A program made the position numbers and the translations under genes. The notes beneath the pieces are model-generated. The model saw nothing but the letters and a program-made list of their open reading frames with translations, was not told the origin of the DNA and made no database searches. A stretch of DNA of 64,000 bases, taken from positions 248,001 to 312,000 of the forward strand of contig NIVC01000264.1 in assembly GCA_002269645.1 (NCBI GenBank). Reading direction: 5' to 3'. Numbering within the stretch: position 1 is the stretch's first letter; every line of letters begins with the position of its first letter. This document shows, one piece after another, positions 1 through 10,812 of this stretch. Origin of the DNA: Macrostomum lignano (taxonomy: Eukaryota).

Positions 1-161
1 ACTTGAGACAGGTGCAAAAACTCATCAACTTATTTGAAGGTAAACCCTTCGTAATCTTCTAAATACCGGATTTTGCCATTTTACAATTTACATAATCCTT
101 AAAAGTGATTTTATTGCTCCTATAAAGAAATGCAAATGGTTCTGCAGAACCTCGAGCTCAC

Positions 162-1387
162 ACAGCACAGCGACTGTCGTGCGCGTCTCCACAGAGCCCA
201 GTCTGCAGGTGTAGCTTCCAGCGTGCTGAGGCTGCGCTCTGGGAACCCGCAGCTCCTGTGATGCAGTGCAGCTGCCGTTTGGAAAGCAGAGCTGCTGCTG
301 CTGCACATTGGATGGCGTGAAAGTCGGCTTGCCTCCACATAGCTGAGTACAGCTGACAATGAAGCTGGAGTTCTCAGCCAGAGCACCAGGTCCTGACAGC
401 TCTGCAATGCAGATCAGAGTTTCATGGGGTTCGCATAGATGATTCAAATCAGTTTTGTTGCTTCTACGGGTAACAGGTGCAAAGTGTATTAAATAAATCC
501 TATATTTTCCCTCACTCAGCTGCACTGTTTGAAGCATCAGGTCAGTAAAGCTCAAGAAGTCATGGTAACTCGAACTGTTTGCTGCAGCAACGTTTTTACG
601 AAGCAGCAGGTGCCTCATCTGGAATTCGTTTTATTACAGATCATAATTCAGATGCTGAAGTTTCCATGCAACAAGAGGCGTAGATAAAAATGATTATAAT
701 AACTTCTTACCTTTGCAACGCAGTTTACAGTAAAGATCTCCCCAGCTGCGATCTGTGAATTGTTGCTCTCCGTGACCCCACACAGTCTCCAGTGCTGCTG
801 GGACTCTCTGAACTGGCTGCTCATGCTCATTGAGCTGCAGTGATCTCCTGAGAACAGCTGGCTGCTGCTGTCTGATGTCCAGATCTCAACGCCTCTGGCT
901 CTTTCAAAGACCCACGATGCACCATCTGGAATGCGAGAGCACCGTGAGCAGAGACAGCAGACTTGGAGCACGCATTTGAGTGAGTGATTCACCCTCTCTG
1001 CTCTTCACAGTCACAGATCTGATGAGCAGTGACTCATCCAGCTGCACTGCGAACCAGTGAAACCCGCCGTCTGCTGAGCTCTTTTCTTTGCTGTGGAAGA
1101 ACCGGTAGCTAAAGGTTTTGTTTTTGAGCACGGATTCCTCATCAGTGTGGCTTCTGTTGAAAAAGCAAGTCGGGCCGTCATCAAAGGACGACTGCCAGGT
1201 GCTCAGGACGCGGCTCTGGCGAATCGGGAACTCACCTGCAATGGTGAGCACAGGAAGTCAAGCACAAATTGGTAATTTGTTTTAGCATAGCATGAGATTC
1301 AGTAGCAAGCACAGACTTACAGTCTCCGTAGACTGTAGCGCTCACCGATGCCATCAGCAGCGACATCAAACGGAGCCAGGATCTCAT
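162..1387 (-). CDS. F-type-lectin/Ig receptor copy A (5' part; gene continues off the left edge)
   Basis: GT-AG exons 1387-1321 (signal peptide MRSWLRLMSLLMASVSATVYGD), 1235-993 (243 nt), 925-711 (215 nt), 618-516 (103 nt), 401-162 (Ig-like, VSC...HAGSYTC). Exons 2-4 match copies C, D and E in size and phase; open frame throughout. Confidence 0.85.
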
Positions 1388-2054
1388 TGACAAGTACTTT
1401 CTTCAAGATTTTATTCTCTTCTGAAGTGTCTTGTTGGCGGCGACGTATTCGGGAAAAATTCGAAAACGAACCTACGCTCGTAATTTAGCGATCTTTTGTT
1501 TAAAGTCTTTCGGACGGTCACGTGATTCACAGCATATGCATTCCTAGCCCGCCCAGTTGATGTTACCGTCCGAATATAGCCAACTGCTGCCAAGAATACC
1601 CTGCAGGAATCTTAAACTCATTCACCACTAGCAATTGCAACCAGTTTAACTGAGGTTAATAAGTGTTTGTTCCAGTCAGAAATTGGACAGCGCCTCCGTC
1701 TAAAAATTCACTAATTTGGATGCATTCGGCGCAGCTTACTGTGGTTGACAAGTAAAAATAGACACTAATTTATAAGCAAAAACCAAATTCACGGATGTCG
1801 AAGACTTTGCGCGACGAATCTGACAGAATTCATGATTGAATTTTTTTTGGCGCTTTGATAAACAAAAACTTGAACGTGAAAATTATTTCAAAGTTTTCTT
1901 AAACATCAGAATAAATACCTATTTATGTAGCAGAAAAAAATCCATTTGGACGCAACATATTCATTATAAATGAAGTTAATGTGCCACTCTGAAATGTTCA
2001 CCAAAGAACTCCATGGGCCTGCAGCTTGCAGATGCTCGATATTTTCCATTTTAT

Positions 2055-2325
2055 ATCTGGAATGCGAGAGCACCGTGAGCAGAGACAGCAGACTTGGAGC
2101 ACGCATTTGAGTGAGTGATTCACCCTCTCTGCTCTTCACAGTCACAGATCTGATGAGCAGTGACTCATCCAGCTGCACTGCGAACCAGTGAAACCCGCCG
2201 TCTGCATCGTGCTTGCCAGCGCTGTGGAAGAACCGGTAGTTGAGGGTTTTGTTTTTTATCATGAATTCCTCATCGCGGTGGCTTCTGTTGTAAAAGCAAG
2301 TCCGGCCGTCACCAAAGGACGACTG
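2055..2325 (-). pseudogene. Truncated lectin exon-2 + intron-2 fragment of the receptor family
   Basis: Encodes ...YRFFHSAGKHDADGGFHWFAVQLDESLLIRSVTVKSRE. 2055-2205 is identical to 924-1074. It breaks off at the exon-3 acceptor, with no exon 1 or exon 3. Confidence 0.8.
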
Positions 2326-3199
2326 TAGGAAGTGAAGCTATCTGAGCTATCTGATCTGAAGCTATCAGATTAAAGACAGTAAAGACAATATATTTTAAGA
2401 CCAAAATTTTTAATCTACTATTTCAGATTTCATGGTTTTAGAATCTGAAGCTTCAAATACGCTATTAATTAAGTAAGGTAATAAATAGCTAGTCAATTTA
2501 CCTGCAGCTTGAGCTGTCGGTTGCACATCTGGCCCAATTGCATGGCAGGTGTAATCAGTTATTAAACCCAAATATACTAAATTTATTACTAAAGGTGGTA
2601 TTGGAAGCATTAGGCTGAATGACACCTGTACACTAGCATTGAGAAACACTGCAAGAGGGCAAGCGACATTAATGACAAACTTACAAATGTGCAACGCATG
2701 TGCTGGCGTCAAACATGCTTCAGAAGTTTAAAACTATTGATCAGATTTAGCACCACATCAAGTGAAAACGTGTTGCAAGCTGTGTACATAAAATCAGCTG
2801 AAGCCTACACCCTGAATGTACACATTGTACATCTACATTTATATATTTACGAGTAGTAATGCAAGCGTTTGCAATTACTTTTTCGTTTTTTGGCTAGCAC
2901 CCCTAGACTGAAAAGTAGATTTTTAAAGATTAAATTTACCATATGGAAGTCAGATCATCGGAAAAGCCGAGCTTACTTGCACTTGCCAAGATAAATGCTT
3001 TCAACTTCAACTTGCTATTCCTAAAATAGAAACACTGGATGGAGTAACTCTGTGATGAACTGATTTGCTCATGAGCACCTCATCATTGCAATCGTAGAAA
3101 ATTTTAATGACCTTTTTTGTGCTGCGCGCGGCACTACAAAAAATTATTAAACTCATACTTTAACTTCACCATGCATCACCTGTGATGGGGCTGAGCTCC

Positions 3200-5211
3200 A
3201 TCAGGGCCTGGCCTGGGCCTGGCAGTTGTCCTTTGAAATCATCTTTGGTGATTCTACGTGTTTCTATCCACAAAGCGTTTCGCATGAAGATGCACGAGTT
3301 TCAGCTGCCGGTTCTTCCACAGGGCTGGCAAGAGCTCAGCAGACGGTGGGTTTCACTGGTTCGCAGTGCTCAGATAGAGACAGTGCTCATCAGATCTGTG
3401 ACTGTGAAGGGGGAGAGGATGAGTCGCTGTGCTCACGGTGCTCTCGCATTCCAGATGGGGCATGGCAAGTCTTTGAAAGTTCAATGCATCACTGCATCTC
3501 TGGAGACGGTGCGGGCTGACTGAGGGCGGCCCAAGCATTTCCGCTGGTGAAAATTTCACAGTTGATTGCATGGCTGAGGTAAATACATTTCAAATTTAAA
3601 CTGGCTGTATATATTTACTAGCAAACTCTACAATGATGGATAATAAATAATCTTACTAAGTAGAATAAACAACCTGCTGCAGAGTTGTTAGAAAGTTGTT
3701 TTTCAATAACAAATTCTCAGGCGAGGTACATTCTTCTTAGAAGAATCATTACAAACGCGGACGTCTCGAGCTCTCTTGACTACATGAGTTTCGCTGACCT
3801 CCGGCTTCAAAGGTTGCAGCTGAGTAAGTCAGGACTGTGGTGATTGCAGCTGCTCAAGTGTCAGAAATATCGTACCTGAACTGCTGCTCCCTATGAAAAA
3901 TTCTACGTTTTAGGGATCTCAGAAGCTCAAATCGTTGCGGAGAACTCCAGCTTCACAGTGAATTGCTCATTGGGCTGCACAGACCAGTCAGATGCTGGCT
4001 TAGCAGCTCTGATGCAGCTCTGCTTTCCGAGCGGCAGCTGCACTGCATCACGGGAGCTGCGGGTTCCCAGAGCACAGCCTCAACACGCTGGAAGCTACAC
4101 CTGCAGACTGGGCTCTGTGGAGAGGCGCACTGCAGTCTCTGTGCTGTGTGAGTGCAGACTTGGCATGGGCTGGCAAGCCTGTCTCTGTGCTGTGTGAGTG
4201 CAGACTTGGCATGGGCTGGCAAGCCTGTCTCTGTGCTGTGTGAGTGCAGACTTGGCATGGGCTGGCAAGCCTGTCTCTGTGCTGTGTGAGTGCAGACTTG
4301 GCATGGGCTGGCAAGCATGTCTCATTGTCTCTTTCATTTTATTTCCCACAGATTCAAATCGATGCCTTTAATTTTATGATGGTGTCAACAAATCCTGAGA
4401 AAAGCAATTTTGTCAAACTTCTATTTATTATTGATAAATATGACCATTCTTTTTCAATTCTAATATGGTCACTTAATGAATTTTACAGCATTATCCCCGC
4501 GTCAAGTGGTGATGAAGAGCTCCAGTTTCTCAGTCTGCACTGCAACTGCTCAGATCTGTGCTCAAACTCAAGCGGACTGCAGCTCTGCTTGCCGAACGGA
4601 AGCTGCACAGGCAGCCACAGGACGGCCGTTGCAGTGGCGCAGCCTCAGCACTCTGGAAGCTACACCTGCAGACTGGGCTCTGTGGCCACTCGGACTTCGG
4701 TCACCGTGCTGTGTGAGACTTTTTGAGTTTCAAAGACTGTGTTTGACTAAGTAGATCTCTTCAATGCCCTAAAAGTTCTCTCTAACCCTGAAAAGTATCT
4801 ACTCTACTCTCACCCAGTCTACAGGAAAGAAGTTCCGCGGAGCTGCTCAAGTAAATCGACTGCTCTCTCAGCAGCGGTGATCTTCACTGCTGTGGGATTC
4901 GGGTCCGGCTTCATCGCCGCTACCAGCCTCCTCTGCGCGTTCTTTCGGGTGAGTTTCCTGAGATGCAGTGAGCTCATGAGCCTTCAGCTACACATGGGCT
5001 TGGCTTCCAATTGCAGGTGTCAGCTCGGCAGAGCAGCTGCTGTCAGCAGAGGTTTGCCATCCAGGAGTCGAGAGGCGCTCAGCAAGTCGGCATGGCGAGT
5101 AGCTGGAGTCGGGGCCGAACATCGGCAGCTGGGGGACCTCCGGATGCGGCCACAGAGTATGAGAACTCTGAGTACAAGCTGGAGAATGCAGCTGGAGTTT
5201 ACGTCAGCTAG
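3200..5211 (+). pseudogene. F-type-lectin/Ig receptor copy B (pseudogene, two Ig exons)
   Basis: Exon 2 has a frameshift/stop (FAVLR*) and an ATGAGT donor. Exon 3 (3455-3578) is 124 nt vs 215 nt. Exon 4 (3721-3823) and Ig1 (3914-4147) are intact. Ig2 (4489-4712) has a 10-nt deletion. TM exon 4818-4948; tail exon 5017-5211 ends ...TEYENSEYKLENAAGVYVS*. Confidence 0.8.
4141..4320 (+). repeat. 46-bp tandem repeat (4 copies) spanning the Ig1 splice donor of copy B
   Basis: Unit GTGCTGTGTGAGTGCAGACTTGGCATGGGCTGGCAAGCCTGTCTCT at 4141, 4187, 4233 and 4279. Confidence 0.9.
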
Positions 5212-6059
5212 ACAGTTTTGCCTGTGAGAAACAGTGAACACATGCTTGACGTCAGCTGCTTTAGCAAGTTGTTGCAGATGTTGGAATTCAGCCAGTAAAC
5301 TGCTTTGCTGGTGCAGCATGCAACTCTCGAACAGGTCGTGGTCCGCCAAGTGAACCACCCGATGCAGCGTTCGCAGCCGCCTTGTCGCGGTCGGCTTCTT
5401 TGTCCTTAGCTTCGTGGCTGCCACCATCCTTGTGTGCGGGGTTTTCCGAGTACGCCGATGAGCTCTCAGAGTTTGTTAGAATCGTTTCTGATTATGAAAC
5501 CCCGCATCTTTATGCAACCTACGAACGAACGGTCTTGAAATTTGTGGAATCCGACAGTACAGGCTTCAGTTCCGACTTCTGATTGAATTCTTCATAGAAG
5601 TTTAAAATTTTATACATTACATTTTCAATATCTTTTCTATCTATTCTAGTAGTAATTCTGTTTCTGTGAAAGCACTAATAGTTTGTATAGTACTGCTTGC
5701 TGGCTTCCTGTTATGGCCTAAGTACGAGCAAATGGTCTTTTCTGTGTGGCCCTTGCTTTTTAATCCCGAAATTACGTCCTCGTATTCAGTTGAACACTTC
5801 AGTTTATTCACAAACTAATCAATAAACAGTCTTTATTCACTAAACTCAATGAAAACGAAGTTACTAAGGAATCGTGTAAATAAATACATCTTGAATATTA
5901 GTGAAGAAGCTCCGCAACATGGAAAACCGCCTCTGTAGAGCCAATTGACTCAGCTCACAACACTGCATATTGGTTAAATTGAAATCTCGGCATGAGTCTG
6001 CTTGTGCAATATGAACGCCCCTGTCTGGAGTGTGTGCCTATGTGAATGGATCCTTGTGC

Positions 6060-6180
6060 TTGTATGCCTGCTCAGGGGAGTCGGCGGAATTGGCAGTATT
6101 GCCTCTCGCTGGTTGTGTGCCAATGTCGCTTAAAGTGCGCCAGGGTGCACACAACCCCCCTGCCTCTAAAAAAATAAAAA
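6060..6180 (+). mobile_element. 3' fragment of tRNA-derived SINE family 2
   Basis: Matches the 3' part of 17636-17997 (TGTATGCCTGCTCAGGGGAGTCGGCGGAA...CCTCTAAAAAAA). Confidence 0.7.
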
Positions 6181-6452
6181 CATGGTTGCTAATTTACTGG
6201 GTTGTGAAACTAAGATTTGAACTTGAAAACCATTTGCCGCAGCCAAAACTCCTAAAAGTCTCTGAATAAATGGAAACAAATTCAGGAGTAGCTAAATGGT
6301 AGAGTGTCACCTTAGAGAGGTTCCAAGATTCGCGATACCGATAAACTCAAACTGATCTTCCAGTCAAAAAAGCAATGAGAAGACTTCAACTGTCATACTT
6401 TGTCAGCGCAATGTCAGACACATTTTAATATTTTCGCATTACCTGTGGCATT

Positions 6453-6874
<422 letters not shown>

Positions 6875-6919
6875 CCTGTGGCATTTCCGCTCAGGTTCCG
6901 CTTGATTATTCTATTTTGA

Positions 6920-7167
6920 AGGTTGTAGCCTAGTATTCAGAGCGTCGGACTCACAGGTTGAAGGTCGGGGGTTCGATTCTGCGACTTGGAACAATTTGTC
7001 CTTGAGCAAGACACTCAACTCTGCATTGCTTCAGTTCACCCAGCTGTAAAATGGGTGCCAGCATTAGCTGGGGTAATTGAGGGTGTGTGTGTGTGTGTGG
7101 CGACCCCCCAGTCCTTGGACTGAACAGCCGTACGCAGCCTTCAGATGCGCCGCGCAATAGCTGCGGC
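6920..7167 (+). mobile_element. tRNA-headed CORE-like SINE (family 1)
   Basis: A-box-like TAGCCTAGT, B-box GGTTCGATTC, and central CCTTGAGCAAGACACTCAAC...CAGCTGTAAAATGGG resembling the MIR/CORE domain. Related copies at 7531-7737 and 26397-26690. Confidence 0.7.
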
Positions 7168-7386
7168 TGAGCTGTCGGTTGCACATCTGCACATTATGGC
7201 AGGTGCAATAAATCAAATTATGTGGCAACAAAAATTTGCCTTTAAACAGCTATTAAGGCCACACTAGTCACAACAGATGGTCTGAATATAGATTTAAACA
7301 GTGCCGTGAGTATGTGGAACTTGAATATACGAGTAACAGAGATAACATGGTGCGTAAGCATTTCGTGTCAATCTCCTTTTACAGAC

Positions 7387-10120
7387 TCAGTCAATGTAAA
7401 CCCCAGCTGCGTTCTCCAGCTTGTACTCAGAGTTCTCATAATCTGTGGCCGCATCCTGAGGTCTCCCAGCTGCTGATGCTCCGGCTCGGCTCAACTGAAA
7501 GCGAATTTTGCTGCGGATGCTGCTTACGCGAATAATAATAATAATAATAATACATAATAATACTTAATACGCAGAAGGCTGCGTACGGCTGTTCACTCCA
7601 AGGACTGGGGGGGGGGGTCGCCACACACACCCTCAATTGCCCCAGCTCATGCTGGCGCCCATTTTACAGCTGGGCGAACTGCAGCACTGCAGAGTTTAGT
7701 GTCTTGCTCAAGGACCTTATAACTGCTAGGCTACAACCCCCTTATAGCCTAAACAGTGAAAAAAAATATAGGCATCAATTCTGCATCAAGCAGCCGCTCA
7801 CCATTTCAGTTCGCTCAGCACCTGGAATCTGCTGAGCAGGTGTGGCATGACAATGGACACCTGTCAACTGCAATTATATAATATTCAAGAAATTATTGTA
7901 AATAGTGATGCCAGATGATCACAGAGTTGGTAATTCACAAACAGATCTCACTCGGAACAAAGCGCAAAGGAGGCTGGATGCAGCAAAGCCGATCCCAAAG
8001 AAAGCAGCTGCACAGGCTGCGTGCCCTTTTGCGCCGAGTTCACTCAGCTTTCCTGGGCAGCTCAGTCGAGCTCTGGCGCTGTGGACTTGCCTGAACTCGA
8101 TTCCTTCCGGGAGAGTCTGCACCGCACTGCAGGTGACCAGAGCACGGCTCAGTCCTTCATCATCAGTGTCCAGTTTCCATTGGCTGACTGAGCCATCCCT
8201 GCTCGAGCTCTGCTCGACCAGTGTCAGGCGAGTGAGATTTCTCACGAGCACTTCATCGGATTCAGCGCTGCATCTGTGCTTAGGCAGTGGCTTAGAGACA
8301 GAGGATGAGAATATAACAATCATATCTGACAGTCTCTGACAATTGTCGGACTTCTGCACTGAGATTAACACGGTTGACGGCGGGTCTGTAAGATGGGGAT
8401 CAGTGAAATGGCCTTATCCATGCTCTGGTTTAAGAAAACCCACATAAAATATGTCTAGTTAACTTATTTGAAGATAAACACTTCATTTATACAATAGATA
8501 GATACATATTCTGGATTCCGGAATTCAAAATTTTACAATTCACATAACTCCCAACAGTAATTTTGAACTGTTCCTATAAAGAAATGCGAATAATTTTATA
8601 AGCAATAGCATCGAAAAGTCGCCATCACAGAGGATTCCGTCTGTGGTCGCCACTTTTGAGAGTGCAGGTAAGGTCTCTCAATCTTTGCGAGTGACGCAAC
8701 TCAGCTACGCCGCGGCAGACTTGAGTTGAGGAGTGAAGTGGGGGGAGCGGTGTGCGAGGGTTGGGCGGATTAAAGCTACCCTGATCAGTTTTCTTGTATA
8801 TCTTTTATTTCAGAACAGTCCAAGAGAAATTGCTCACAGGCGCATAGAATAGTGACTTTCAATGTTGCTGAGGATACATAACCTCGAACTCACACAGCAC
8901 AGCGACTGTCGTGCGCGTCTCCACAGAGCCCAGTCTGCAGGTGTAGCTTCCAGCGTGCTGAGGCTGCGCTCTGGGAACCCGCAGCTCCTGTGATGCAGTG
9001 CAGCTGCCGTTCGGAAAGCAGAGCTGCTGCTGCACATTGGATGGCGTGAAGGTCGGCTTGCCTCCACACAGCTGAGTGCAGCTGACAATGAAGCTGGAGT
9101 TCTCAGCCAGAGCACCAGGTCCTGACAGCTCTGCAATGCAGATCAGAGTTTCATGGGGTTTGCATAGATGATTCAAATCAGTTTTGTTGCTTCTACGAGC
9201 AATGTAGGTGCAAAGTGTATTAAATAAATCGAATATTTTCCCTCACTCAGCTGCACTGTTTGAAGCCTCAGGTCAGTACAGCTCAAGAAGTCATGGTAAC
9301 TCGAACTGTTTGCTGCAGCAACGTTTTTACGAAGCAGCAGGTGCCTCATCTGGAATTCGTTTTATTACAGATCATAATTCAGATGCTGAAGTTTCCATGC
9401 AACAAGAGGCGTAGATAAAAATGATTATAATAACTTCTTACCTTTGCAACGCAGTTCACAGTAAAGATCTCCCCAGCTGCGATCTGTGAATTGTTGCTCT
9501 CTGTGACCCCACACAGTCTCCAGTGTTGCTGGGACTCTCTGAACTGGCTGCTCATGCTCCTTGAGCTGCAGTGATCTCCTGAGAACAGCTGGCTGCTGCT
9601 GTCTGATGTCCAGATCTCAATGCCTCTGGCTCTTTCAAAGACCCACGATGCACCATCTGGAATGCGAGAGCACCGTGAGCAGAGACTGCAGACTTTGAGC
9701 ACGCATTTGAGTGAGTGACTCACCCTCTCTGCCCTTTACAGTCACAGATCTGATGAGCACTGGCTCATTCAGCTGCACTGCGAACCAGTGAAACCCGCCG
9801 TCTGCTGAGCTCTCATTCGCGCTGTGGAAGAACCGGTAGCTGCGGGTTTTGTTTTTAATTATAAACTCCTCATCAGTGTGGCTTCTGTTGAAAAAGCAAT
9901 TCGGCCCGTCACCAAAGGACGACTGCCAGGTGCTCAGGACGCGGCTCCGTCGAATCGGGAACTCACCTGCAATCCATGGATATTTCAAGATTGCTTTATG
10001 AATTTTGATTCAAGCTTCTTTGCAGTTCCTACTCACAGTGAACTCACAGTCTGTGCGAGGTTCGGCCCTCGCTGGTGATGCCAGGAGCAGCAGAAGTATC
10101 TGAGCGGGCAGCAGTGCCAT
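7387..10120 (-). CDS. F-type-lectin/Ig receptor copy E (complete; 1 Ig; YEN-type tail)
   Basis: Exons 10120-10048 (MALLPAQILLLLLASPARAEPRTD), 9966-9724, 9656-9442, 9349-9247, 9130-8894 (Ig), 8385-7952 (juxtamembrane + TM AACAAAFFGIGFAASSLLCALFR), 7867-7802, 7494-7387 (…DYENSEYKLENAAGVYID*). All GT-AG with compatible phases. Confidence 0.85.
7531..7737 (-). mobile_element. Internally deleted family-1 SINE in the last intron of copy E
   Basis: Reverse complement of 6920-7167 with a central deletion; (TAT)n tail. Confidence 0.7.
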
Positions 10121-10476
10121 CTTCAGTCCCACATTTTCACTTTAGGTAAATCATTGAACGGAGACAGTGGTGTGAAACAAACCATATTATACAGATACTT
10201 CCAACTTAACCGCTGTGGCTTAAGTACTTAGATAGAAACTTCTGTTTTTGTGTCTACAATGTCAGATTAAAGACAGTAAATACAATCTGCGTGCGTAAAT
10301 CTTTTAAATTTACACTGAAGCATAACTTTAGCATTCATAAACAGCATAAATTGCGATAGAATTGTAACTAACTGTGGCAGTCAGCACCAACGAAGGTTTT
10401 AATGCTGAATTGTAGTGAATAACAAGAGATTAGTGTCCGATATCCAATAAGCCAAATTTCTTATTGCTGTCTCGAA

Positions 10477-10514
10477 ATGCAAATGCCAATGTGGCTGCTG
10501 CTGCTGCTGCTGCT
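10477..10514 (+). pseudogene. Signal-peptide exon remnant of a copy-C-like paralog, broken by a LINE end
   Basis: ATGCAAATGCCAATGTGGCTG(CTG)n matches exon 1 of copy C (19044). Upstream ~10290-10470 resembles ~18890-19040. Confidence 0.7.
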
Positions 10515-10788
10515 TTCTTTCTTTCTGTTTCAGGGCGCGCCCGAGCCGGAGGACCGATAGGGGCGGGGGCGCTAGAGGCGCCCCATACTGCGCCGGAGCT
10601 CGATGACCGCGGCCGGACTCTCCATCAAGGTCTCGGCCGGGATGCCTTAAAGGGCTCGCTAGCGGTCGCCTCTTGGGCAGCGGAGGACGACGTGATCGGC
10701 GCTGTCCGTCTGGCCGCAGTCGGGGCAAAGAGGGGACGCGTCGATGCCGAGCCGGTGGCGAGTCTTGTTTGCGATCATGCTGGCGCTG
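10513..10788 (-). mobile_element. 5'-truncated LINE 3' end
   Basis: Minus frame ...IANKTRHRLGIDASPLCPDCGQTDSADHVVLRCP (CCHC motif), GC-rich 3' region, (GAAA)n tail at ~10513-10530. Confidence 0.65.
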
Positions 10789-10812
10789 GATATTAATTGA
10801 CAAAGGGGGGAA

